Position numbers and translations under genes: made by a program. Shown here piece after piece: positions 10,600 through 21,230 of a stretch of DNA of 29,357 nucleotides. Position 1 is the first letter of the stretch. Each line of letters starts with the position of its first letter. Source of the DNA: Octopus sinensis (lineage: Eukaryota); NCBI RefSeq assembly GCF_006345805.1, contig NW_021832936.1, forward strand, positions 1-29,357, written 5' to 3'. The notes below the pieces were generated by a model. The model was not told the origin of the DNA. It saw only the letters and a program-made list of their open reading frames with translations, and ran no database searches.

Positions 10600-11065
10600 A
10601 TCTCTTATGCGGCCCACTTCTCGACAAAGGTTATTCATGCATGGCTTATATGCTCGCTCCTCCTGCAAGAAACAACGAACAAACCTCCCTCAAATCCCTT
10701 AAAACCGCCTTAAAAATGGAAAGGACCCTTAATGTTGTGCTTGAGATTTTCGTGAGAAAAGAAAACGGAGTAGTGTACCATGTTAAAATAAAAGGACAAC
10801 TGGAATGGAGCTAATCTGAAACAGAACAACAACGACAACGATGATGACAACAACAACAACAAACAGGGGACTTCGGTGTGGTCGTCTGACTTTGTTAGAA
10901 ATAGCAACCAAACTCTCTTGAAGTTACACCATACACTTTTCAAGTAGAAGGAGTACATTTAACAGTCTAGTCCTAAATGCGCAACATGCGAGAGATGAGC
11001 AAAATGGTCGTCGCTGAAATGCCTTATACGTCTGTTTCAGCAAGGCCGACCTAAAACTAAACTAC
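10600..11065 (+). mobile_element. Two degenerate family D repeats with (CAA)n between them
   Basis: CTGCAAGAAACAACGAACAAACCTCCCTCAAATC and TGTTAGAAATAGCAACCAAACTCTC..ATGGTCGTCGCTGAAATGCCT are homologous to 5540-5731. Confidence 0.55.
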
Positions 11066-11084
11066 AGAAATAATAATGGTTTCT

Positions 11085-12692
11085 GATTAAATAAAAGGAC
11101 AATAGTTTTGAGAGGAGGGAACGGGTCGATACCTATTTCTATTTCTTTACTACCCACAAGGGGCTAAACACAGAGAGGACAAACAAGGACAGACAAACGG
11201 ATTAAGTCGATTATATCGACCCCAGTGCGTAACTGGTACTTATTTAATCGACCCCGAAAGGATGAAAGGCAAAGTCAACCTCGGCGGAATTTGAACTCAG
11301 AACGTAACGGCAGACGAAATACGGATACACATTTCACCTGGCGTGCTAACGTTTCTGCCAGTTCGCTGATCGATACCATCAACTCAATTGTTCGATTGGT
11401 CCTTTCTTTTTGCCAACCACGAAAGGATGAAAGGCAAAGTTGATCCCGCTAGAATTCGAACACAGAAACCTCTAAGCCAGCTCATTAATAATGTTTCAAA
11501 CTTTGGCACAAAGCTGACAAATTTAGGGGGAAGGGGTTATTCGATGCCATCGTCCTCGGTACTTAAATGGTACTTTATTTTAGCGACCACAAAAGGATGA
11601 AAGGTAAAGTTGACCACAGCGAGATTTGAACTCAGAACGTAAAATCAGAAGAAATGCCGCCAACCATTTTATTCAAATCTAAGACATTTCCTTCGACTTT
11701 AATAATTCTGTCAATCAAAAAATAATAACACTCCTTTCTACTACAGGCACAAGGCCTGAAATCTTTTTTTTTGGGGGGGGGGGTAAGTCGATTACATGAA
11801 TCCCAGTACTCGACTGGTACTTAATTTATCGACCCCGAAAAGATGAAAGGCAAAGTCGATCTTGGCGAAATCTGAACTTAGAACGTGAAAACGGACGAAA
11901 TACGGCTGAGCATTTTGTCCGGTATGCTAACGATTCCGCCAAGATCGCTGCCTTGCAACAACAATACTATATATATATTTTTTTGTACTTCAAGCAAGAG
12001 GACAGCAACTTTAGAGGGAGAGGATGAGTCGAAACAATTGACCCTAGTTAATGACTGGTACTTGATTTTATCAACAGAGAAAGGATATAAAGCAAGGTTG
12101 GCTTTGGCTCGGTACAAAAACTAAAGAGCCGGAACAAATGCAGCAAGTCATGTGGTCCGGCGTGCTAACGATTCTGCCAAGCCACCAGACTGACAACGAT
12201 AATAATAATAATCCTTTCTACTATGGGCACAAGGCCTGAAATTTTGGGGTGGAGGAGGGTAATTTGAATTCCGAACGTAAGGACGGACGAAATGCCGCTA
12301 AGTATTTTGCCCGGCGCGGTAACGATTCTGCCAGCTCACCGCCTTAACAATAATGGTTTCAAATTTTGGCACAAGGCCAGCAATTTCGGGGTTGGAGTTT
12401 AATCGATTACACTGACCCCAGTACTCAACTGGTACTTATTTTATAGACCCTGAAAGGACGAAAAGTAAAGACCACCTCGGCGGAATTTGAACTCCAAACG
12501 TAGCGACGTTCGAAATTCCGCCAAACATTACCAAGGACCCCAGTACTTGATTGGTATTTTATTTCAACGACCCCGAAAAGATGAAAGGTCAAGTTGATTT
12601 CGACAGGATTTGAACTCAGAATATAAAGAACTGAAATATATAGCGCAAAGCATTTTTTCTGATGCTCTACTGATTCTGTCAGCTCTCCACTT
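11085..12692 (-). mobile_element. Cluster of about eight co-oriented SINE family A copies or fragments
   Basis: Recurrent GGCACAAGGCC, CCCCAGTACT, GATGAAAGGCAAAGT and ATTTGAACTCAGAAC, all in the minus orientation. Confidence 0.9.
11134..11367 (-). mobile_element. Young SINE family A copy (long-tail subtype) nested in an older family A copy
   Basis: Near-identical to the reverse complement of 7774-8003; direct repeat TCGATACC at 11126-11133 and 11370-11377. Confidence 0.9.
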
Positions 12693-13033
12693 TAAACAAC
12701 AACACTGTCTCGTTGTACCACCCCATGGTACCTATTCATATCAAGATAAACTGTACATCTATATAACCTGTGGTCACCTGACAGCAACATCTTTCGTCCT
12801 CTTCATTGTATCCATTTCGAGCTGTACTCATCGTTCATCTTCCCCTCCTGGGACGGTTCCAATAGCATATTAGTTATTCTAGTACTTATATAGTATATGG
12901 CAGCTCTAGCGTCTTATCCCAGAGGTGTGAGTAGAATTGTATTCACCTCCAGTAAAGAAGACTTAAAGAAAAAACTTTGTGTAATTAACCACTTCGTGTA
13001 ATTAACAATTACTTAGAGTTAAAGAGAAAGCCT

Positions 13034-13228
13034 CTACAAGGCCGATCGATCAGCTAGAAATAGCAGCCAACTCTTCCTCAGATCACATTTTTGCGTCTTA
13101 GAGAAATACACTTCAGATAACGTGGTTTGGGTTTCAAGTACATAGAGAAAACACGAGATGGTCACAGCTAGAACACTTTTGATCTGCTCGATCGCGGTTG
13201 GCCATGGGTTAAACAACAGCCACAACAA
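13034..13228 (+). mobile_element. Family D repeat
   Basis: GCTAGAAATAGCAGCCAACTCT...GATGGTCACAGCTAGAA...TAAACAACAGCCACAAC. Confidence 0.6.
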
Positions 13229-13344
13229 AACTTCGTTAATTTGTCATGTTTAATGAAAGCTGTTTTAGGAACGCGGGGAACTTCACGGGAATTTGAACCT
13301 CTGTGTTGTTTCTGAGAGTTCCTGTAGATTCTTCATTTATACTC

Positions 13345-13485
13345 CCACCAGGTGTCGCCAAACTTCATTAACAAAGCCACCAGATGTCGCCCTATAAACA
13401 GCATAATGCCGCAAGGTGTCGCCCTAAAGACAGCCAAATGCCATCGGGTGTCAGCCTTGATATGAAGAAAACCTCTGCTGTCGCC
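13345..13485 (+). repeat. Diverged ~32-bp-period array of five CCRCCAGRTGTCGCC (CTCF-like) motifs
   Basis: Motif starts at 13345, 13377, 13409, 13441 and ~13471; spacers are AT-rich and more diverged than the cores. Confidence 0.8.
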
Positions 13486-13851
13486 ATCCTTCATAATTGT
13501 GATGCACCCTGTACGTGGGTGGTGTCAGACACTTAAGAATTATCGCACACTGCTTAATATCAAAGATCAGATGTGGATGGGATGAGAAGAGGAAGGTGAG
13601 GTTCCGATTCACAAATAAAGATTGTGATGTGTATGTGTGTGTGTGTGAAATACATACGCACAGACATATATATGCATATACTTATATATGTATACACACA
13701 CACAGTCACATTTATATAAACATGCATATGCGTATATATGTATGTATATATTTATTTATATATACACATGCACGTAGATATGTTATTTTAGAAAAAAACA
13801 TAAGGTATACATGCCTGTGGAGAGCATGGTGTCAGCATGTGAGTGTGTGTG

Positions 13852-13889
<38 letters not shown>

Positions 13890-14000
13890 TATAATAAATA
13901 TATATATATACATATATAATAAATATATATATATACATACATACATACATGCATACATACATACAGATATACACACATGCATGCACATACGCACATATAA

Positions 14001-14058
<58 letters not shown>

Positions 14059-14457
14059 GGATGTACTTTAGATGTGTGCATGTATAGGCGCGCGCGCGTG
14101 TGTGTAGGCATAATCGGGGCCGTGTGTTTAAGAGGGTTCGTCACACTGCTATGAAGTTTACAAGTTCTAACCGGCAGCGCGACACCTTTGACATGCGTCT
14201 CCGTTGAGTGAAATTGGTTGGACGGAAACCCTGTGGAAGCCATAATTTTGGTTATTGGAGTAAACCCGTCGTTCGGCTTAACACCACCACCTTGGGTGCC
14301 TTTAGCGGGGGTTCAGTCTATTGCAAACATCCGGATCAGGCTCCAATCTGGTGATGACGTCACCCTTTTCTCCCAACCGCTTAAGCATAAAAACGTTGTT
14401 ATTCTTCCATTTACTACGTCATTTATGTGTGTATGTATATACACACACACACATGGA

Positions 14458-14489
14458 TATATATATATATATATAATATATATATATAT

Positions 14490-14562
<73 letters not shown>

Positions 14563-14574
14563 CATATATATATA
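14458..14574. repeat. (TA)n microsatellite
   Basis: Directly visible. Confidence 0.95.
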
Positions 14575-14984
14575 GGCGCAGGAGTGGTTGTGTGGTAAGT
14601 ACCTTGCTCACCAACCATATGATTCCGGGTTCTGTCCCACTGCGTGGAATTTTGGGTAAGTGTCTTCTACTATAGCCTCGAGCCGGCAAAAGTCTTCTGA
14701 GAAGATTTGGTAGACGGAAACTGAAAGAAGCCCGTCGTATATGTATATATATACATATGTGTGTGTGCGTATATGTTTGCGTGTCTGTGTTTTTCCCCCC
14801 AACATCGCCTGACAACCGATGCTGGTGTATTTACATCTTCGTAACTTAGCGGTTCGGCAAAAGAGAACCGATAGAATGAGTACTAGGCTTACAAAGAATA
14901 AGTCCCGGGGTCGATTTGCTCGACTAAAGGCCGTGCTTCAGCATGGCCGCAGTCAAATGACTGAAACAAATAAAAAATAAAAAT
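14575..14984 (+). mobile_element. SINE family B, full length (tRNA head, CORE-like segment, internal TA/TG microsatellite)
   Basis: GGCGCAGGAGTGGTTGTGTGGTAAG, GGTTCTGTCCC, TTGGGTAAGTGTCTTCTACTATAGCCTC, and the tail CAGCATGGCCGCAGTCAAATGACTGAAACAAATAAAA. Confidence 0.9.
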
Positions 14985-15072
14985 ATATATATAAAAGAAT
15001 ATAGTAAAGAAACAAGAATAAACGCCTCGAAACATAACTACATGACGCGTTTCAAAAGCATGGTTATTTATT

Positions 15073-15297
15073 TAACAATGCGTAATACATTATATATTAC
15101 GTAAGTATCCATTATTGCGTAACCATACCATTTCATCAGGAGATATTCAACCTTCAATCGACAAAGTACAATTAATGTATATGTAGATTGATTGATAGTA
15201 TTTCGCCAACTGAGGGTTGAATATCACATGATGAAACGGCGCGGCTATGCAATAATGGGTACTTACGTAATATTAGGTCATATATTACGCCTTGTTA
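15073..15297. mobile_element. Fully palindromic (foldback) MITE-like element, ~225 bp
   Basis: The left arm TAACAATGCGTAATA..ATATTACGTAAGTATCCATTATTGCGTAACCATACCATTTCATCAGGAGATATTCAACC is the imperfect reverse complement of the right arm GGTTGAATATCACATGATGAAACGGCGCGGCTATGCAATAATGGGTACTTACGTAATAT..TATTACGCCTTGTTA. Confidence 0.8.
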
Positions 15298-15439
15298 TAA
15301 AAGAATGGAAGAGAAGGGGGAAGGTATCTTCACATTAAAGACATGGCCTGATTGCTTGCAACACAATGGCTTCGGCTAAAGGTACCTCAGGTGACAGGTG
15401 GTAGTGTTAAACTGGGTGACGAATTAATTCAACCGTCTA

Positions 15440-15685
15440 AGTAGGCTGTAGAGGGAGCGGTTTGAATTCAGAACGCAAAGAGCTGAAACAAAAACTGCAT
15501 GACACTCGGTCCGACGTTTATGCAGTTTCGTCAAACTACCATCTTGGATAAATACATTTTTATTTATCGACCCTGAAAGGATGAAAATCAAAGTTAACAT
15601 CTGCAGGATTTGAACTTGGAGTACCAAGTACCGAAACAACTACCACGAGGCGATCTATCCGACACTCTTCCATTTCGTTACCTTA
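15440..15685 (-). mobile_element. Degenerate SINE family A fragments
   Basis: TTTATCGACCCTGAAAGGATGAAAATCAAAGT..GGATTTGAACT. Confidence 0.65.
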
Positions 15686-16239
15686 GGAAGTTTCAGAGTT
15701 TGTGTAAATGTTTACATCGTTTAAAGAGTTGTTCCTTCGTCTGAAAAGGAGAAATCAGTTGCAGAAAGGCCACCCCTATTGCGTCTTATTTCTGACCACC
15801 AAATAAGGATTGATCGCAAATTTGCAACCTTCACCGTATTATTGTTATCAATCAATCGAAAGAATCATCGTTACAGCGTCGAATGGAATACCTTCCGCTA
15901 TTTATTCCGACTTTCGGCAGTCTAAGATGAAATGGCGCAAAGGTTAACTTTGCCTCTCGTCTTTTTGGGGGTCAATAAAAATAGTAACAATCCAAGGCAA
16001 CAGTTACAGGGTCAGGCAAGATACCTTGTGGTATTGGCTCTGGTCCTTTGCATTCTTACAACAACGCTTGTGGCATTCCTTCTGCCAAGCTTTATCGGCT
16101 CAAGTAGGCACCCTTTTCCTGAAAAAAATGAAAAGAAAAAATTTTGCCCGGGCGAGGGCATAGATGCACTGACACACAGTCAGCCTTGATCGACGGAGAC
16201 CCTAGAGCCCAGTTTTCACGAACTCTAAAGTTTATATAC

Positions 16240-16471
16240 ATATGTATGTATGTGTGTATGTATGTGTGTATGTATATATGTATGTATGTATGTGTGTATG
16301 TATGTATGTATGTATGTATGTATGTATGTATGTATGTATGTATGTATGTATGTATGCGTGTGTGCATGTGTGTGTATGTATGTATGCATGTATGTGTGTG
16401 TATGCATGTATGTATGTATGTATGTATGTAGTATGTATGTATGTATGCATGTATGTATGTATGTTTGTATG
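16240..16471. repeat. (TATG)n compound microsatellite
   Basis: Directly visible. Confidence 0.95.
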
Positions 16472-17168
16472 TTAGAGTATATTACGTTGTTTCAATCTTT
16501 GTCTCTAGTTTGCGAAGTGGTAAACGGTGGAGAAACAAAGAATTCCGAACCACCTGGGATAGGACGACAGACTTAGATAACTTTCCATGCTGCTGGAATT
16601 GAAACCTCTAATGTGAGCCATGGAAACGCTCGGCACATTTACAATGCTCCTACTGTTGCTACTGATAACAATAATGAGCTTTTCGTAATATAAAGCATCC
16701 CTTACACGGCTGAGCGGTCTGAGCCGTAAAATTTATGTATGCCAGCCCGTTGACATAACGTTATGTCGCTGACTGCATACGTGATCCATGGTGCATTTCA
16801 GATTTCAGCCCGTCACCCTGTTCTCTTGGTCATCCGTTCTCTACATTCAAGAGATAAGAAAATGAATGCTGTGCAAGCAATCTACTAATTTAGACTTTAA
16901 ATATGTCAGTTTTTCTTCGCCAACCAGTCAATATTTTTGTATGTTGGCTTAATGATTTCTCTGTCACTACTTCGGAATGTACGGTGAAGTCTATGCTTCG
17001 CTGATCTGACATAAAACACCGAAATACGCCATGAGGTGTCTTCCGTACTTTCCGAAAAGAACAATATACAATAAGTTTCAAAAACAGAACAAGGAGTGTA
17101 AAGAAATTTATACTGTAAAGAAGAAACAAGAGTACAGGGGAATAAATGTAAGGAAGAAATAATGGCGA

Positions 17169-17205
17169 TTTCGACGTTTCGGACTGTGGTCGTTCGTCAA
17201 GAGGC
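17169..17205 (-). ncRNA. Degenerate minimal hammerhead-ribozyme motif (Penelope-like repeat relic)
   Basis: Minus strand reads CTC-TTGACGA-AC-GAC-caca-GTC-C-GAAACGTC-GAA: a variant CUGANGA box, stem II, and GAAAC-GUC. Confidence 0.45.
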
Positions 17206-17364
17206 AGAAAAGTAAAAAGAAAGAAGTAAGAAAAGTCGAATGTTCCGCAAGTAGAAAAAATGTCTAAGTTTCCTCGGAACAATTCTTTCTAGTTAGCTTT
17301 TAGTTGGTTACTGTTTTAATAAGAATTGTTGATGATTAGCGTCAGTAAAAAAAAGTTCATGAGT

Positions 17365-17546
17365 GGAGGAGACAAGTCAATTACACTGACCCTAGTACAT
17401 GACTGGTACTTTATTTTATCGACTTCGAAAAGTCGAAATGTACAGCTGACCTCGGTGGAATTTGAACTCGAAACGTAAAGAACCGGAAGAAATGCCGCTA
17501 AACCTGTTAGTTCGATGCGCCAACGACTCTATCGGCTCACCGCCTT
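17365..17546 (-). mobile_element. SINE family A
   Basis: ACTGGTACTTTATTTTATCGAC, GGAATTTGAACTC and GGCTCACCGCCTT. Confidence 0.8.
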
Positions 17547-17699
17547 TAACACCGACTTAACTAGTATTTGTTTTAAGGGTCAAGATTTAGCTTCCATATA
17601 TGAGGGATATCTTTCCGGTCTCCATTTGAGGGCAGACTTTCTAGTTCCCATTTAAAAACCAAAATGTCTGGCATCCATTAAGAAATGAGGTTCTGTTTT

Positions 17700-18505
17700 C
17701 CATTCACAGGCTTCCACACAGTTTCCATCTACCAAATCCACTCCCAAGGAATTGGTCGACACGAAGCTATAGTACAAGACATTTGCCCAACGTGTCACGC
17801 ACAGTGGGATCGAACCTAAAAGTATGCGGTTGCTAAGCGACTTCATTAACCACGCAGCCATGCCATACCTATATAACTAATCTACTAGTGTTTTCAGTCA
17901 TTAGAATGTGGCCATGCTGGGGCCCCACATTGAAGAATTTTTAATCGACCCCAGTACTCCTTTTTGCTTCAAGCTTGGAACCTATTTTGACGAACCGCTA
18001 AATTAAACATACCAACACCGGTGGTCATGCGACAATGGGAAGACAGAGACACAAACATACACGCACCCACGCGAATCCACACACGTATATACACACACAT
18101 ACATACATGTATACTACGTGCGTACGTATGTACATACATATATATATACACATATTTAAAGGCGGTGCTCCAGCATGGCCGCAGTCAAATGACTGAAACA
18201 AGTAAAATAGTAAAAGAGTAAAAGAGTAAAAGAGTATACACACATGCATACGCACATTCATATATACATACACGCACACATACATACATACATATACGCA
18301 CACATAATACATATATACAATATGATACATACATACTATACCATACATACACACATACTTACAGGCTTCTTTCAGTTTCCATCTACCAAATCCAGTCACC
18401 AGACTTTCGTTGGCCCGAAGCTATAACAGAAGACATTTACCTAAGGCGCCACGCAGTGGGATTGAACCCGGAACTCAGCGGTTCAACAGCAAGCCACGTC
18501 TGCGC
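17700..18505. mobile_element. SINE family B fragments: 17700-17865 (-), 17890-18060 (-), 18158-18235 (+, tail only), 18360-18505 (-)
   Basis: CAGTTTCCATCTACCAAATCCA (twice), TGGCCATGCTGG, and AAAGGCGGTGCTCCAGCATGGCCGCAGTCAAATGACTGAAACAAGTAAAA. Confidence 0.8.
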
Positions 18506-18895
18506 CGAGTGTATATAACTTATTTGTATAAACATTTTAATTGTACATGTAATGTATAAGTGTATCTAATATTTTGGAAAACATCCATTTGGCTGTGCGG
18601 GACTCCCATCCACCCATCCACCCATCCTTCCACGCCACTCACCCTGGTTTCTGCCGCTGTCTTTGATTCTGCAGATGTTAAGGCTGGGATCGGTTTCAGT
18701 CTGGCGGGTGTGGCGGGAGAGAAGCTGCCTACACACTGCTACCACCCCTCCTTCTCCTCACTAATTTACATAATTTATTAATGCTTAAAATTATATGTGA
18801 TATAGATGTGTGCATAATGTTTAGAGTTTACTGTATCAAGTATGCTAACCCCGATGTGTCTGTGTATATATATGTGTAAATGTGTGTCTGTGTGT

Positions 18896-18938
<43 letters not shown>

Positions 18939-19575
18939 TGCGTGCGTGTATACTATTTACGTGTAATAATATATTTATCTGTATAATTTATTAGTATATA
19001 TAATTGATATCTTTATATAATTTAGCTGTGTGTATATTTTAGTTGTATATATAATTCTCTTCTGGATGCGACTTAGTTACACATACATACACACACACAC
19101 TCACACATACAGACGCACACACAAATACGTACACATGTATATGCGAGTGTGTGTGTGTGTGTGTGTCTGGCGGAGCCTACAGAAAACTTTAGGAATGTAA
19201 GCTAGACCCACCCCCGAACTGGACGCCAGTTACTATTATCAAAAGCACTACACGGCCCTCATAGATTTCGGAAATTAGTACCCAATGATAAAGTATCGTA
19301 GTGTGCAAGGGCCTACAGTTTTTCAATCCTTTGCCCTAAAATTTAAGCAACCTTCAAGGTACTGATATGCTTATTTCAAAAAACGGACAAATGTCTCTGC
19401 ATCTGGGTTCCCAGACTAACTTATGTAGCGTCAAGGAACACAAATCAGGGCAACGATATCCGACTCCCTCATTTCACGAAAAACTAGATAGGCTGTCGAA
19501 ATACAATGAAATGATATTAATGGCGATGTCCCAGCATGGCTCCTGCCAATGGCTGTTGTGAGGGAAAAAGTATAC

Positions 19576-19965
<390 letters not shown>

Positions 19966-20270
19966 GTCTCCGCCTCCTCCTCCTCCTCCTCCTATATATA
20001 CATGTATGTACATACATATATATATCAACGAGACCTGATGCGAGTTCGCTTGTCTATGACTTCCAAGTATTTTAACACCAGGTGTATTGACGAGAAAATA
20101 TTCTCCAGCCTGTCTACGAACAGGCAAATCGTATGTCTTGTGTTTGTGTGTTTGATATTGTGTGTGTATAAATATGTGTGTACATATATGTATATGTAGT
20201 AAATATTTGTGGTATAAATATACACTTGACACATACAGAAAAATAAAATTTGTGAATATGACAAAAAAAT

Positions 20271-20480
20271 CTTAAAAGTCTGCACTACAAAACTAACGGC
20301 ATTAAAAACACTTTTATAGAACTAAAAGATTTTATCATCATACACGACATTTGCATAACTATAATTCAGGAAACATCCTTGCCCCTCAAACAGTAGAACC
20401 CACAATATCCCAAATTATACACAAATCAGATCAGACAGATCATTTATCAACGGGGTGGTCTTATAACACATAAAATACCG
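20271..20480 (+). pseudogene. Decayed APE-type endonuclease fragment of a LINE
   Basis: Translates, with a stop and frameshifts, as LHYKTNGIKNTFIELKDFIIIHDICITIIQETSL ... NIPNYTQIRSDRS ... GGLIT. This matches the NxNG...IQET...YxxxRxDR...GG motifs of LINE APE domains. Confidence 0.7.
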
Positions 20481-20868
20481 CATTGAATATATATGTGTAT
20501 CACAGATGACATTCATGAGTTAATAGAAAACGACACAATGCGAGAAATGCAGGCTTTCAAAATAAAAACTAACAATACAAAGTACTTTAATATAATAAAC
20601 ATGTGTGTATGTGTGTACGTGTAACATAAAATACATACATACATACATACATACATACATAATACATACATACATACATACATACATACATACTGCATAT
20701 ATATATACACCTATCGCCAATGACCTTATGAAAACCACAGAAAATCTCCAACACTACACACGACAGAAATCAAACTCAACATCAAACAACTATACAAAAT
20801 ATATAAGAAAACAAAAATAAACCAAAACAACCCAAACGGAAACATTTATATCCAATATAAACCGCAAA

Positions 20869-20992
20869 GAAGGCTGGAGGGTATATCAGCTGAAACGTTG
20901 TGTTAACAACAAACAAGATGAGGACAAACATCCGTCGAATGTAAATAATGTAAATAACGTACATAATTCCTCATCTCTTAAATATAGAACTG
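20869..20992 (+). mobile_element. 124-bp retroposed insertion (Penelope-like terminal-repeat fragment with truncated hammerhead) with 13-bp TSD
   Basis: TATAAACCGCAAA is duplicated at 20856-20868 and 20993-21005. The insert starts GA-A-GGCTG-gagggtatat-CAGCT-GAAACGTT. Confidence 0.75.
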
Positions 20993-21071
20993 TATAAACC
21001 GCAAAACCAACAATGATGAAATTGAGAGCGGGATTGACAACAACAACAACATCAGTAATATTGGCATGAAA

Positions 21072-21230
21072 TTTTGGCTCTAGGCCAGCAATTTGGGTGG
21101 GATTTAAGTCGTTTACACCGACACCAGCACATGACTAGTACTTATTTTATCGACCCCGAGAGAATGAAAGGCAAAGTCAGATTGTAAAGAGGACGAAATA
21201 CCGCTCAGGTTTTTGCCGGCTCACCGCCTT
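21072..21230 (-). mobile_element. SINE family A (internally deleted)
   Basis: TTATTTTATCGACCCCGAGAGAATGAAAGGCAAAGTC and GGCTCACCGCCTT. Confidence 0.8.

Noticed and set aside
13345-13485. CRISPR-like repeat-spacer reading of the 32-bp array
   Set aside because: Eukaryotic context, no cas genes, repeats only ~15 bp and degenerate, and spacers 2 and 3 are similar to each other, indicating tandem duplication.
14343-14362. CCAAT plus perfect CRE (TGACGTCA at 14355-14362)
   Set aside because: An isolated 8-mer can occur by chance in 29 kb, and there is no further support.
18660-18730. PDZ-like GIGFSLAG peptide or candidate exon 2
   Set aside because: Only a short motif match, no donor site before the stop, and it does not continue the reeler domain.
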